Of a DNA stretch of 64,000 nucleotides, positions 1 through 8,607 are shown one piece after another. The stretch lies in the IMG/VR virus record IMGVR_UViG_3300043436_001089. One strand, given 5' to 3'. The notes beneath the pieces are model-generated. The model saw only the letters and a program-made list of their open reading frames with translations. It was not told where the DNA came from and searched no databases. How positions within the stretch are numbered: position 1 is the stretch's first letter; each line of letters starts with the position of its first letter. Origin of the DNA: a virus (Duplodnaviria; Heunggongvirae; Uroviricota; Caudoviricetes). The translations under genes were made by a program, and so were the position numbers.

Positions 1-360
1 TTGTTAGTAGCAGTACTAGTATTGACATTGTTGTTATTGTATGTCATTGTACCACTATTGATATTGTGATTAGTGTTGGTATTATTACTCGTACTGGTGT
101 TGACATTGTTGTTATTGTATGTCATTGTTCCGGAGTTGACATTATTATTGTTATAAGTCATTGTCCCTGAATTCACGTTATTATTGTTAACTGTGCTTGT
201 ACCGCTATTGATGTTATTATTTGTGTTTACGCTAGTGCTAACATTATTATTGTTGTTGGTACTAGTGCTGTTGACTGTGGCTGTGCTAGTACTGTTGCTA
301 TTACTATTGGTATTGCTGTTTGAAGTAACAGTGCTAGTACTATTGCTAGTACTATTAGTG
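1..360. repeat. Tandem imperfect DNA repeats (about 39 and 78 nt period) encoding iterated GTMTYNNNNVNSG-like units
   Basis: tgacattgttgttattgtatgtcattgt recurs at 24 and 101. A shorter variant recurs near 133. The run lies inside the minus-strand CDS below. Confidence 0.6.
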
Positions 361-509
361 TCCACTAATGACGCTGAATCATAGGATCCTTGGTTAATAA
401 GTGTACTTGTTCCTGTGGTTGTACCACCGGTTGTGCCTGATGTTGTAGTAGTTTGCGCCATTGCACCCGTAACAAAAGCTATAGCCAATGCTATTAATGT
501 CTTTTTCAT
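1..509 (-). CDS. Secreted Ser/Thr/Asn-rich repeat protein (N-terminus complete, C-terminus beyond window start)
   Basis: ATG at 507-509 on the minus strand gives MKKTLIALAIAFVTGAMAQ, a signal peptide with an AxA cleavage site. After it come T/S/N-rich low-complexity repeats. The ORF is open to position 1. It is missing from the ORF track because it runs off the edge. Confidence 0.6.
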   Translation of the reverse strand, partial: MKKTLIALAIAFVTGAMAQTTTTSGTTGGTTTGTSTLINQGSYDSASLVDTNSTSNSTSTVTSNSNTNSNSNSTSTATVNSTSTNNNNNVSTSVNTNNNINSGTSTVNNNNVNSGTMTYNNNNVNSGTMTYNNNNVNTSTSNNTNTNHNINSGTMTYNNNNVNTSTATN

Positions 510-619
510 CTTTCTATCCTTGTTATTATTGTTTTTAGTAAAGATGGTTTTTACTATTGATATTTATCAAGAAAAGTGCTAAATATAGTACAACTATTAA
601 AACAAGAAAAGGAGTTGAA

Positions 620-1162
620 ATGGCAGAAGAAAAGAAACCATTATCTCGTTCAGAACGTGAAGCAAAGATTAAAGACAAGGCCGGCTGGGTAATCACAGTT
701 ATAGCCGCTTTGTTAGCAGTTAACACATATATTGCTAGTGGAAACTCTAGTAAAGTACTGAACAACACTATCAAGGCTAATGATACTTGGGCATTCTACC
801 AAGCAAAATCAATCAAACAGACATTAGCAGAACAAAGTTATGATGATGCTATGGAAAGAAAACAGTTTGAAAAAGCCGAAAAATTAAAGGCTAAAATCAA
901 CCGTTATGAATCTGACCCCGAAACAGGGGAAGGTAAGAAAGAATTAATGGTCAAGGCTCGTGCATTAGAAGCAGAGCGTGATAGTGTACGCAAGTCAGGC
1001 CCATGGATGACATTTAGCGGTATGGCTTATCAGTTAGGCATTGTTCTATTGACTGCATCTATATTAGCTGTGAGTGTGCCTCTATTCTGGGGTAGTATTG
1101 CAGTTAGCAGTGTGGGTGCATTACTAATGAGCCAGGGTATTTGGCTCTGGTTACCTTTCTAA
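620..1162 (+). CDS. Hypothetical K/E-rich membrane protein with two C-terminal TM helices
   Basis: ATG at 620 is preceded by AAAAGGAG at 607-614. The track ORF 557-1162 is trimmed to this start. Two C-terminal hydrophobic helices are WVITVIAALLAV and LGIVLLTASILAVSVPLFW. Confidence 0.5.
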   Translation: MAEEKKPLSRSEREAKIKDKAGWVITVIAALLAVNTYIASGNSSKVLNNTIKANDTWAFYQAKSIKQTLAEQSYDDAMERKQFEKAEKLKAKINRYESDPETGEGKKELMVKARALEAERDSVRKSGPWMTFSGMAYQLGIVLLTASILAVSVPLFWGSIAVSSVGALLMSQGIWLWLPF

Positions 1163-1190
1163 AAATAGCCCCGAAAGGGGCTATTCAACC
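1163..1190. terminator. Intrinsic terminator hairpin (stem atagcccc / ggggctat, loop gaaa)
   Basis: aaaaATAGCCCCgaaaGGGGCTATtc lies immediately after the 620-1162 stop. There is an A-run on one side and TATT on the other. On the minus strand the hairpin is followed by TTTTT. Confidence 0.5.
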
Positions 1191-1233
1191 AATATCATTG
1201 ACTATCGACTAGTCACGTGATATATTAAAATAT

Positions 1234-1980
1234 ATGATTAAATTTATACGCAAAACATTAGTTGCCAGCCTGTTATGTTCCTCTGTTTTTGTAGGAGCTA
1301 CTATGCCGGCTGTAACCGCACAAGCTTGGCTTGTCGCTGACAATGAAGGTAAAGTTATTGAAGGATCACATACCACCGATGTACGTAGTATCGCAAGTAT
1401 AACAAAGTTAATGACAGTTATGGTTGTGCTTGATTCAGGACAGTCTATATTAGAAACTATTCCTAAAAAATTATACGGAAAGAAATTGACTAGATTGAAT
1501 TTGATTGAACTTGCAATGATTAAGTCTGACAACAATGCGGCTAGGATGCTATGTGAATTCTATCCATCAGGATTAGATGGATGCATTGAAGCAATGAATA
1601 GAAAGGCATTCTCATTGGGAATGTACGATACTGTTTTTACCGATCCTACTGGACTGTTTCACACTAACGTAAGTACTGCACAGGACTTGGTCAAACTAGT
1701 AATGGCTGCTAGTTCATATGAAGCAATCAAAGAATCAAGTAACAAAGACAAAGTTGTACTACCTGTCCCAAAAAATAAATTTACAATCTTTAGTAACACT
1801 AATACTTTAGTAGGCAGGGGTGATACATTTATTGTTAGTAAAACTGGTTGGATCACTAAGTCAGGGGGTTGTATCGTTATGATGATACACACTATAAATG
1901 GAATCAGGACCGTAGTCCTGTTGGGTAGTAAGAATACTAAGACACGTATTCCTGAAGCTAAGTTAATTGCTTATCGCTGA
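1234..1980 (+). CDS. Serine-type D-Ala-D-Ala carboxypeptidase/endopeptidase (PBP5/PBP7-like, peptidase S11) with signal peptide
   Basis: It has the SxxK motif (SITKLMT), the SxN motif (KSDNNAA) and KTG (SKTGW), with an N-terminal signal peptide ending AQA. The plus-strand orientation is unusual for this locus. Confidence 0.75.
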   Translation: MIKFIRKTLVASLLCSSVFVGATMPAVTAQAWLVADNEGKVIEGSHTTDVRSIASITKLMTVMVVLDSGQSILETIPKKLYGKKLTRLNLIELAMIKSDNNAARMLCEFYPSGLDGCIEAMNRKAFSLGMYDTVFTDPTGLFHTNVSTAQDLVKLVMAASSYEAIKESSNKDKVVLPVPKNKFTIFSNTNTLVGRGDTFIVSKTGWITKSGGCIVMMIHTINGIRTVVLLGSKNTKTRIPEAKLIAYR

Positions 1981-2252
1981 ACCTTTGTATACTTGTTTTT
2001 GTCTTTCATGGGCATGTAATCTACTCCTGCAACGGGTGTGTAGTCTTTAGTCAGTTCACTAACCATGTCTTCCCCGTACATTAGGGTAAGATAACTGAAT
2101 GTCTTGTCGTTGTCTTTAGCTGCCATGCCAATGACCAAATGCTGATACCAATGAATTTTAGTATCAACGTGCTTCTTTACATTCACATCATTTAGAATGT
2201 CTGTAAAATTATTGTTTTCTCGGTAGAAGTTATAGTATTTCATTTTTTCCAA
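1971..2252 (-). CDS. Hypothetical protein
   Basis: 93-aa ORF on the dominant coding strand with no recognisable motif. Confidence 0.4.
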   Translation of the reverse strand: MEKMKYYNFYRENNNFTDILNDVNVKKHVDTKIHWYQHLVIGMAAKDNDKTFSYLTLMYGEDMVSELTKDYTPVAGVDYMPMKDKNKYTKVQR

Positions 2253-2446
2253 AGTATAAAATTTACGTAGTCGTGTTCAGCTTCAAAATAGAATTCATAC
2301 GTTCCTGCATCTGCTCCTGCAGGAATTAAACATTCATATCCCCAATCACCAGAGCAATTAGACTCACACCAACTACTCACTGGTTTTAGATTACCAAAGT
2401 CAATTAGGATATCAGTTTTGTACTGTGTATTGGGTGACACTAACAC
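2240..2446 (-). CDS. Hypothetical protein (Cys/Trp-containing, 68 aa)
   Basis: Coding-strand ORF packed between neighbouring genes. Confidence 0.35.
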   Translation of the reverse strand: MLVSPNTQYKTDILIDFGNLKPVSSWCESNCSGDWGYECLIPAGADAGTYEFYFEAEHDYVNFILWKK

Positions 2447-2933
2447 CGCCCTTTGATAAGAAATCTACCCCTGCTGTATCACGATACGAGTCTCGGTAGA
2501 ACACACTTTTAATGCCTGACTGAAAAATCATCTTAGCACAATGAATACATGGTGCAGTAGTAACAAACAACGTAGCATCTTCGCTAGATTCTGTACTACC
2601 GGACACTTTAGCGATTGCGTTACTTTCCGCATGTAATACTTCATCTTTAGTGACTAAACGATATCTACGATTAGATTCTACCTCTTTATCGTATTCTTCA
2701 AGAGGCCAGCGTTCGTAGATTTCATCTGGATCTAACCATCCACCTGCATCTCCGCTCATATAGTCTTTGTACTCACATGTATTATCCCATCCTGTAGGCA
2801 TACCATTATATCCATAGCTGAGAATTCTATTGTCTTTGACAATAACGGCTCCTACTTGTCTACGAATTGCGTGGCTTAGTTTACCTGTACGTTCAGCAAC
2901 GTCCATGTAATAGTCTATGTATTTTTGTTTCAT
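2412..2933 (-). CDS. dCMP deaminase (cytidine/deoxycytidylate deaminase family)
   Basis: It has the zinc-binding motifs HAESNAI (HAE) and PCIHCAKMI (PCxxC). Its length of 173 aa is typical of phage Cd. Confidence 0.8.
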   Translation of the reverse strand: MKQKYIDYYMDVAERTGKLSHAIRRQVGAVIVKDNRILSYGYNGMPTGWDNTCEYKDYMSGDAGGWLDPDEIYERWPLEEYDKEVESNRRYRLVTKDEVLHAESNAIAKVSGSTESSEDATLFVTTAPCIHCAKMIFQSGIKSVFYRDSYRDTAGVDFLSKGGVSVTQYTVQN

Positions 2934-3253
2934 TCTTCTAGCAATGGTAATTTGTTTGGCTTATCTTTCCACTCTGCCGCATCAGGTGGTGCATCTTTTC
3001 TTTTTGTAATAGTAGGCCATTTGCTACTTAATCGTTGGTTCAAGTCATACCAAAACTTAGTGTCAACACCCTCATGGTCATCAGTGACAATAGCATTAAC
3101 AGGGCATTCAGGAATGCATACACCACAGTCAATACATTCGTCGGGGTCAATAACAAGAAAGTTAGGTCCTTCTTTAAAGCAATCCACTGGGCATACGACT
3201 ACGCAATCTGTGTGTTTACATTTAATACAATTTTCTGTTACCAAGTGTGTCAT
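2930..3253 (-). CDS. Ferredoxin, 2x[Fe-S] bacterial type (7Fe/8Fe FdxA-like)
   Basis: Two cluster motifs are present, [14 protein letters not shown] and [12 protein letters not shown], in a 107-aa protein. Confidence 0.8.
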   Translation of the reverse strand: MTHLVTENCIKCKHTDCVVVCPVDCFKEGPNFLVIDPDECIDCGVCIPECPVNAIVTDDHEGVDTKFWYDLNQRLSSKWPTITKRKDAPPDAAEWKDKPNKLPLLEE

Positions 3254-3498
3254 AATACGTAATTATCCTCAATCATTTCTCTAGCAATATCTTCGTCAAC
3301 TAAACATCTAACTACATAGTCAGTGATATCAAATTTTTCGCAAAACGCTCTACCAAATCTTATATCTTGCAATTGATAAAACAGATACTCTTTGCAAAAA
3401 AGTTCATATTCAATTTTACTTATCTTTTTCTCAGGAGCTTTGTTAAATTGTGTAAGCATACTAACAGTATGGTCAAATGTAAAATAGTTCAATCCCAA
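3250..3498 (-). CDS. Hypothetical protein
   Basis: 82-aa coding-strand ORF abutting its neighbours. Confidence 0.4.
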   Translation of the reverse strand: MGLNYFTFDHTVSMLTQFNKAPEKKISKIEYELFCKEYLFYQLQDIRFGRAFCEKFDITDYVVRCLVDEDIAREMIEDNYVL

Positions 3499-4028
3499 AG
3501 ACTCCTATAATATTTACCGAACAACTCTAATCCTTCTTGGATTCGTTCTTCGTGTAATTTGTGCCCTTCAGCATCAAACCAATGACTTTCAGGATCTTTG
3601 TCAACCATTTGATAAGTTGGTTCTACTACCCCGGTCACTGGATTAGGGAACGTTTTGTCACTCTCAACCCAATCCATATCTATCTTACCATGATGATATA
3701 GATCACCGTAGTCATCAATGCAGATTTGTCTAAAAGACCAGATCATCTTTTCTAGAATTTCATCCCATCGCTTACTAGCAATCTCCCAAGATTCCTGATG
3801 TGTCTCTTTATAGAAGTCAAAACTATCCTGTGAAACATAGTCTTCACCACCAACATCATCTACTAATTCGCTAGGAATACCATGCTTAGTCGCTTTAAGT
3901 TGTAGCAATGCAGGATAGATAATTAGTGCTAGAGTATGATCCAAGTTCCATGTGTCATATCCATCAATCTTAACATCTATTTTTCTGCGATTACCTTTTG
4001 TCGGAAACTTCCCTAGATTAATTTTCAT
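3489..4028 (-). CDS. Hypothetical protein
   Basis: 179-aa ORF with no motif recognised. Confidence 0.45.
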   Translation of the reverse strand: MKINLGKFPTKGNRRKIDVKIDGYDTWNLDHTLALIIYPALLQLKATKHGIPSELVDDVGGEDYVSQDSFDFYKETHQESWEIASKRWDEILEKMIWSFRQICIDDYGDLYHHGKIDMDWVESDKTFPNPVTGVVEPTYQMVDKDPESHWFDAEGHKLHEERIQEGLELFGKYYRSLWD

Positions 4029-4396
4029 ACTGTTATTTTTACTTTCCCGTTTACAAATGCTACTACATGTTCACCATGCAACACAGCGGCATACTTGATG
4101 TTATTATTCTTCAATGAAAGTTCAGCAAGTTCGTCCATTGATTTTGCTTGGCATATAAAAACGTTGTTATCTCTATCGTACAGATATAGAATATCATTAA
4201 CTGATTCGACAAATAGTTGAAATACGTTTGGCTTACCATCTTCATCAGATTCAATGATGTTGTAGTCGCTATCAACTCTAATGCCGTCTTTCCTTGCTTC
4301 ACGTACAATAATGTCACGCAAGTGCCAAGACAGTACGATTTGACCAAGGTTGTATCCTACGTAGAATACAAAGGCTAAGATAATAAGTTCTAGCAT
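4025..4396 (-). CDS. Hypothetical membrane-anchored protein
   Basis: N-terminal TM helix MLELIILAFVFYVGYNL. Its stop overlaps the start of the next gene. Confidence 0.45.
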   Translation of the reverse strand: MLELIILAFVFYVGYNLGQIVLSWHLRDIIVREARKDGIRVDSDYNIIESDEDGKPNVFQLFVESVNDILYLYDRDNNVFICQAKSMDELAELSLKNNNIKYAAVLHGEHVVAFVNGKVKITV

Positions 4397-4402
4397 AGTA
4401 TA

Positions 4403-4684
4403 TTATTTATTGATAATGATATTAGACCACTTCTTTAATTTCTCAAACTTAGCCTTTTTAGCTAGTTCAAGCCCCGCAGTTGTTACTCCAATGTTCTTGT
4501 CAGTGAGCAATTCAATCATAGCAAGCAAGTCTCCCAACTCTTCTTCCAAGACTTGGATGTTTGTTTTCTCTTTGCCGGGCTTGATTTGATCGGGTCCAAA
4601 GCGCATAATCTTTGAAACTTCTTTAGCTACCTCTGCGCATTCCTCTGAGAGGATCAAAATAATTTCTCTTGTATCTTCGTTCAT
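4403..4684 (-). CDS. Small MazG-like nucleotide pyrophosphohydrolase (putative)
   Basis: 93 aa with an EExxE ... EEELGDLL pattern typical of the all-alpha NTP-PPase (MazG-like) fold. No search was run. Confidence 0.4.
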   Translation of the reverse strand: MNEDTREIILILSEECAEVAKEVSKIMRFGPDQIKPGKEKTNIQVLEEELGDLLAMIELLTDKNIGVTTAGLELAKKAKFEKLKKWSNIIINK

Positions 4685-4986
4685 TTTACTACCTTTAGTG
4701 TTGGTTTGTCATCTGTCACTACATTATTACGATGCTCCTCAAGCAATGTGATTGGGAACACGTAAGTGGAATCAGTTGACTTCTTATTAAAGAATCGGTC
4801 TAGCAATCGTTGACCAAAACGTTTGTTGTTTCTTACTGGTACAACAATCATACGACTTGCAAGGTCAACAGTATCGTCTGCATCAAGATATCCATTGCGA
4901 TTAAGCCAATACAATACTTGATGTGCGTTCGCTGTCAATTCAGTACCGTAATCTTGAGGAGAATAAGAAAATTGTTCGTAGTTCAT
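4681..4986 (-). CDS. Hypothetical protein (start taken at MNYEQFSY; the track ORF extends to 5052)
   Basis: The start at 4986 forms an ATGA overlap with the stop of the upstream gene at 4983-4985. The alternative start at 5052 would overlap that gene by 70 nt. Confidence 0.35.
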   Translation of the reverse strand: MNYEQFSYSPQDYGTELTANAHQVLYWLNRNGYLDADDTVDLASRMIVVPVRNNKRFGQRLLDRFFNKKSTDSTYVFPITLLEEHRNNVVTDDKPTLKVVK

Positions 4987-5345
4987 ACAATTAGTGCCAC
5001 AATTAAAATATAAGTTAATGAATGTAGAAACTGATCTAGACCAAGCAACCACCAGAATTGTTCATGTGTGTTTGGGCCCCAACCCATCTTTGCATTTAGA
5101 TTCATCTTAGCCCAATCAATGTGATAGTGAATAAACATATCAGCGAGACTAAGATAAATTGCCGCAATCGGAGCATACCAAAACAAACACAAGTATGTTC
5201 CAATTCCATGTAACCCTGAGTGTAAGATGCCTCCGGGGTGTCCGTATGTCCCTTTGTTGCTCCATTGATAACGATGTTGCAACGGGAAGTCTACTATAAA
5301 GTGCTTAGTGAATAATGCTAAGATTAACCAGAGTGTAATATTCAT
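4983..5345 (-). CDS. Hypothetical polytopic membrane protein
   Basis: 120 aa with three or more hydrophobic helices and a His-rich loop (HYHIDW). Confidence 0.45.
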   Translation of the reverse strand: MNITLWLILALFTKHFIVDFPLQHRYQWSNKGTYGHPGGILHSGLHGIGTYLCLFWYAPIAAIYLSLADMFIHYHIDWAKMNLNAKMGWGPNTHEQFWWLLGLDQFLHSLTYILIVALIV

Positions 5346-5346
5346 G

Positions 5347-5862
5347 TTAGTCTTTCTTTTTACTTGCAGCCTTTGCTACATACTTTTGATGATAGGGTTT
5401 CCAGTTGTCTAAGTAGTCGGTCCACTTAATCCAACGATGCATTCCCTTTTTTACTTGAACAAGAAAACCCCATTCACGTTGTTGTCTGCCCATAAAGAAT
5501 AAAGTAGTAGCGGGTTTACCTTCTTCAAGTTCAAGCCAGTGATACTCACCTGCACTACGTTTGATGATAGAGCCAGGACCACGCCATGTTTGAAACTCTG
5601 CAAACATTTTTCCGTCTTTGTTACAGACTGGTGTGTGTTCCCAGTAACCACCCTTCAACACAATAGTCATGTAAGACCAAGGATGATCGTGCATGATAGG
5701 ATCATCACTGCGCACAATCTTGTGCAACGTTACATTGAACGGGAACCATGTGCGGTCTTTCAAAAACAAGTAGTATCGGTGCATGTAATCTTCACCTGTC
5801 TGACGGTCAGGGATCAAACGATAGCGACCTAACTTGTTCATAAGATTGTGAAAGAAACCCAT
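5347..5862 (-). CDS. Hypothetical protein (possible cupin-like fold, HDHPW motif)
   Basis: 171-aa ORF. The MHDHPWSY stretch resembles a metal-binding double-stranded beta-helix segment. This is weak evidence. Confidence 0.4.
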   Translation of the reverse strand: MGFFHNLMNKLGRYRLIPDRQTGEDYMHRYYLFLKDRTWFPFNVTLHKIVRSDDPIMHDHPWSYMTIVLKGGYWEHTPVCNKDGKMFAEFQTWRGPGSIIKRSAGEYHWLELEEGKPATTLFFMGRQQREWGFLVQVKKGMHRWIKWTDYLDNWKPYHQKYVAKAASKKKD

Positions 5863-5914
5863 TGATTGCTCCTATAGAAATTGATAACTTATTATAGCAT
5901 ACTTTTTATTTTAG

Positions 5915-5938
5915 CGCAAGTAGGAAAAGGGCATTACT
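5915..5938. terminator. Bidirectional intrinsic terminator (AAAAGGGCA-ttac-TGCCCTTTT)
   Basis: A perfect 9-bp stem is flanked by an A-run and a T-run. It lies in the gap between genes 5967-6233 and 5347-5862. Confidence 0.6.
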
Positions 5939-5966
5939 GCCCTTTTCCGTTTAACTCAGTATGAGA

Positions 5967-6233
5967 TTAAACGAGACCCATTGACAAAGCCTTGTAGCCT
6001 GCGGCGACAACTGCTCGGGTAGGGGTACCCAAACGATACTTGGTGAAAGTCTCACCACGCTTGTTTGTACGCTTGTTAGCGTACACTGCAAAACCACCGC
6101 GGATGCGAAGGTCGCTCACGGTTGCTGTTGGATTAGCAATACCGAAACGGCTAGTGATTTGCTTTGCGGTGAGTTGCTCACCTTTTTGTAGAGCCTCGAG
6201 TAAGGCCTGAGATTTTGTTGCAGTCGTATTCAT
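5967..6233 (-). CDS. Small putative DNA-binding protein (HTH-like, 88 aa)
   Basis: The start at M34 of the track ORF (ATG 6233) has a better Shine-Dalgarno sequence, AAAGGAAAAAA. The protein is basic and helical and is followed by the terminator. Confidence 0.4.
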   Translation of the reverse strand: MNTTATKSQALLEALQKGEQLTAKQITSRFGIANPTATVSDLRIRGGFAVYANKRTNKRGETFTKYRLGTPTRAVVAAGYKALSMGLV

Positions 6234-6332
6234 AACTTTTTTCCTTTTAAATGTTTCGTTGTTCTCACAACGTACATAGATTATACGACAAAACTTCTCA
6301 TTAAGCAACACGTATTGGACACCTGATTTCAC

Positions 6333-7181
6333 TTAGATGTCCAAATACTTTAACTCAAACACATCTGCTTGAGGATCGTGGCCGCCGTAACCGCGAGGAT
6401 TACATACGATTCTAGTTTCCCCGATCATGTAATCAAATGGGTCATGTGTATGTCCATGTGTCCATAATTTAATTTGCGGATGATCCAAAATGAATTCACT
6501 TAAGTCGCTACTGTAACCACCGTTCATTAAATAATCATTCTGATATTTTGGATGAGTAGATTGTTTACTAGGAGCATGGTGTCCTACCACTACAAACTTT
6601 TCATCATGCATACCTTGAACGACATTTTTTATGTAGCTCATTGATTGATGGTGTCTCCACATTGCATGTGCAGGTCGCAACTTAGTGTACCCATGTTCAT
6701 CGTTGCGAATGATTCTAAAGTCATTCATCATATCACTAATGGCATGTAGAGTAAGAGGGTCACCCTTATTCATATCAGTCCACAATGTGCAACCAATGAA
6801 TGTGTGCTCACCGATTGTTTTTATGTCATTTTCTAGGAAGTAGACATTAGTAAATTGGGCGCATTCTTCACGCAAGTGATCCAAACTTGCTTTCCACTTA
6901 CCGTGATAGAATTCATGATTACCCGCAATGTAGATAACATGCGGGAATTGAAAACTACAACGCTTCAAAAAGTCACGGAAGCGAAGGGCAGTTAGTTGTC
7001 TGCGACCCAAATCAGCAAGAGCACCTGAAGTATATGGATTGTAGTCAAAGTGTTTATGGTTGTGTAGGTCTTCGGCGATCATAATGTCGCCTGACAGGAT
7101 AAGGACCTCTGCACCCTCATCATTAGTGAGGTTAATGTCCTGAAACTCTAAGTGCAGGTCTGATGCTAATGCGATTTTCAT
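6333..7181 (-). CDS. Calcineurin-like metallophosphoesterase
   Basis: Motifs SDLHLE (DxH), LSGD, GNHE and GHTH are present. The start is taken at MKIALASDLH. Confidence 0.7.
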   Translation of the reverse strand: MKIALASDLHLEFQDINLTNDEGAEVLILSGDIMIAEDLHNHKHFDYNPYTSGALADLGRRQLTALRFRDFLKRCSFQFPHVIYIAGNHEFYHGKWKASLDHLREECAQFTNVYFLENDIKTIGEHTFIGCTLWTDMNKGDPLTLHAISDMMNDFRIIRNDEHGYTKLRPAHAMWRHHQSMSYIKNVVQGMHDEKFVVVGHHAPSKQSTHPKYQNDYLMNGGYSSDLSEFILDHPQIKLWTHGHTHDPFDYMIGETRIVCNPRGYGGHDPQADVFELKYLDI

Positions 7182-7428
7182 TTTCTTTTTGATAGTTATG
7201 TTGCAGACCAAAAGTCTGTTCTATTGCTTCTACACTTTTATTGATAGTACATTCAACTGTACCCAAATCGTATGTAGTATATGCACAATGCACGGGGGTG
7301 TTCTGTACGACTTCAATTACCTTTTCTAGTAGCAACTCGGCAAACTTTTCAAGTGTTGCCCCACCTACTTCTGGGTAATGACTACCGCCCGCTTGTAATG
7401 CTATTTCCTTTAATATTTGCTTGTTCAT
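7132..7428 (-). CDS. Hypothetical protein (overlapping both neighbours)
   Basis: 98-aa product from internal Met MNKQIL of the track ORF 7132-7509. It overlaps SWIM by 46 nt and the phosphoesterase by about 50 nt. Boundaries are uncertain. Confidence 0.3.
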   Translation of the reverse strand: MNKQILKEIALQAGGSHYPEVGGATLEKFAELLLEKVIEVVQNTPVHCAYTTYDLGTVECTINKSVEAIEQTFGLQHNYQKENENRISIRPALRVSGH

Positions 7429-7798
7429 TCTTTTCCTTAATTTCGTTGGTGTGTTTACATGTGTGTCTGAAAGAAAATCCAGGACATGTACACATATACT
7501 TAGCCCCAACTTTGGTCACGTAATACTTCTTGCCATTACTACCTTCAACTTCAATAGCTTGCTTGGGAGCAAATGCTTCTGTCTTAGTAAAGTAAACACT
7601 ATCAGGTTCACCCTTTGTCTTTAACTCTATGAATTTACGACCTTTACCGTAGAACGAGATTGGTTGCTTGAATTTGAAGAGGTCTTTAGTACCGTGCTTG
7701 ATGTAGCCTACCATTTTAGACTTGTCTTCATTTAGGTAATAGATATGGTTGACAGCAGTTGGGCTATCCCATTCGGTGACCTCTTCAAAGTATTTCAT
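7382..7798 (-). CDS. SWIM-type zinc-finger protein
   Basis: CTCPGFSFRHTCKH matches the SWIM signature CxCxnCxH. Confidence 0.6.
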   Translation of the reverse strand: MKYFEEVTEWDSPTAVNHIYYLNEDKSKMVGYIKHGTKDLFKFKQPISFYGKGRKFIELKTKGEPDSVYFTKTEAFAPKQAIEVEGSNGKKYYVTKVGAKYMCTCPGFSFRHTCKHTNEIKEKNEQANIKGNSITSGR

Positions 7799-8271
7799 TA
7801 AGCAACCTCTGTTTCTGCTTCTTTAGCAAATGCCTCAGTCAACAACATATAGTCACCGCTGTGATCGGATACAAACCAAGTAGCAACACCATTTACATTT
7901 CGCAAAATATAATCGTATTCTTCTTCCTGACCATCAACCAAAAAGTGTTCGTAATCGTTGAAATACCGTGCCTTAGTGTAGACTTCATTACGGTCACGAC
8001 CATAGAATGTAGTCATATCACGATACAGGTCAGAATACTGTTCCAATGTCATATCAGGAACATCATAGTGACTGAAGGGGTGCTTTGTGCCAATTGTTGG
8101 TCGCAGACTTGACACATCACCCAAGTCAATCAACTCTTGCAATTTAAAGGGATCAGAATAGTTCTCAAACAGAATCTTGCCGTTATGAGCCAGATAGCCA
8201 TCCCAGTGTGCATACACCTGACCAATGCGACCATCTGCGAATTCAAGAGCGATTGTAGAACGTGTTGCCAT
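7798..8271 (-). CDS. Hypothetical protein (first gene downstream of a consensus promoter copy)
   Basis: 157-aa ORF. The Shine-Dalgarno AAAGGA and promoter copy a lie immediately upstream. Confidence 0.45.
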   Translation of the reverse strand: MATRSTIALEFADGRIGQVYAHWDGYLAHNGKILFENYSDPFKLQELIDLGDVSSLRPTIGTKHPFSHYDVPDMTLEQYSDLYRDMTTFYGRDRNEVYTKARYFNDYEHFLVDGQEEEYDYILRNVNGVATWFVSDHSGDYMLLTEAFAKEAETEVA

Positions 8272-8304
8272 TTCGTAGTCCTTTAATTAACTGTTTAAGA
8301 TTCT

Positions 8305-8333
8305 ATTATATACCCAAAGTGATTTATTGTCAA
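8305..8333 (-). promoter_or_regulatory. Sigma70-consensus promoter copy a (TTGACA-17-TATAAT on minus strand)
   Basis: Plus-strand attata at 8305-8310 and tgtcaa at 8328-8333. The reverse complement reads TTGACAATAAATCACTTTGGGTATATAAT. Confidence 0.65.
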
Positions 8334-8346
8334 CCTTTTAGCATGG

Positions 8347-8544
8347 TTATGCAACCACTACTTCTTTCACACAGATTGCCTGCAACATGCAAAAAGCATC
8401 ATAATATTCTGTATCCGTCAAATCAGTAGACCGTTGTCTAGGTGTTCCGAAGCCAACTTCTAGTTGATAGTGATAATCGGCTATTCTCCAAAGAACTGCC
8501 GAGTCACCGTTTTCAATGTAACCTTTAGCAATAAATTGTGTCAT
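8347..8544 (-). CDS. Hypothetical small protein
   Basis: 65 aa with Shine-Dalgarno AAAGGA. Promoter copy b lies directly upstream. Confidence 0.45.
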   Translation of the reverse strand: MTQFIAKGYIENGDSAVLWRIADYHYQLEVGFGTPRQRSTDLTDTEYYDAFCMLQAICVKEVVVA

Positions 8545-8574
8545 TTTGTGTCCTTTTGTTGATTCAATACAAGT

Positions 8575-8603
8575 ATTATATACCCAAACCGATTTATTGT
8601 CAA
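8575..8603 (-). promoter_or_regulatory. Sigma70-consensus promoter copy b
   Basis: attata at 8575-8580, a 17-nt spacer, tgtcaa at 8598-8603. Near-identical to copy a. Confidence 0.65.
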
Positions 8604-8607
8604 CCTT

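Noticed and set aside
184-384. Plus-strand 66-aa poly-Leu ORF
   Set aside because: Antisense of the S/T/N repeat gene. The low-complexity poly-L/V is a mirror artefact.
535-774. Minus-strand 79-aa ORF overlapping the 620-1162 plus-strand gene
   Set aside because: Hydrophobic junk-like composition. The plus-strand frame has an RBS and a sensible architecture.
1209-1535. Minus-strand 108-aa ORF antisense to the PBP gene
   Set aside because: It falls entirely within the well-supported PBP CDS carrying the SxxK/SxN/KTG motifs.
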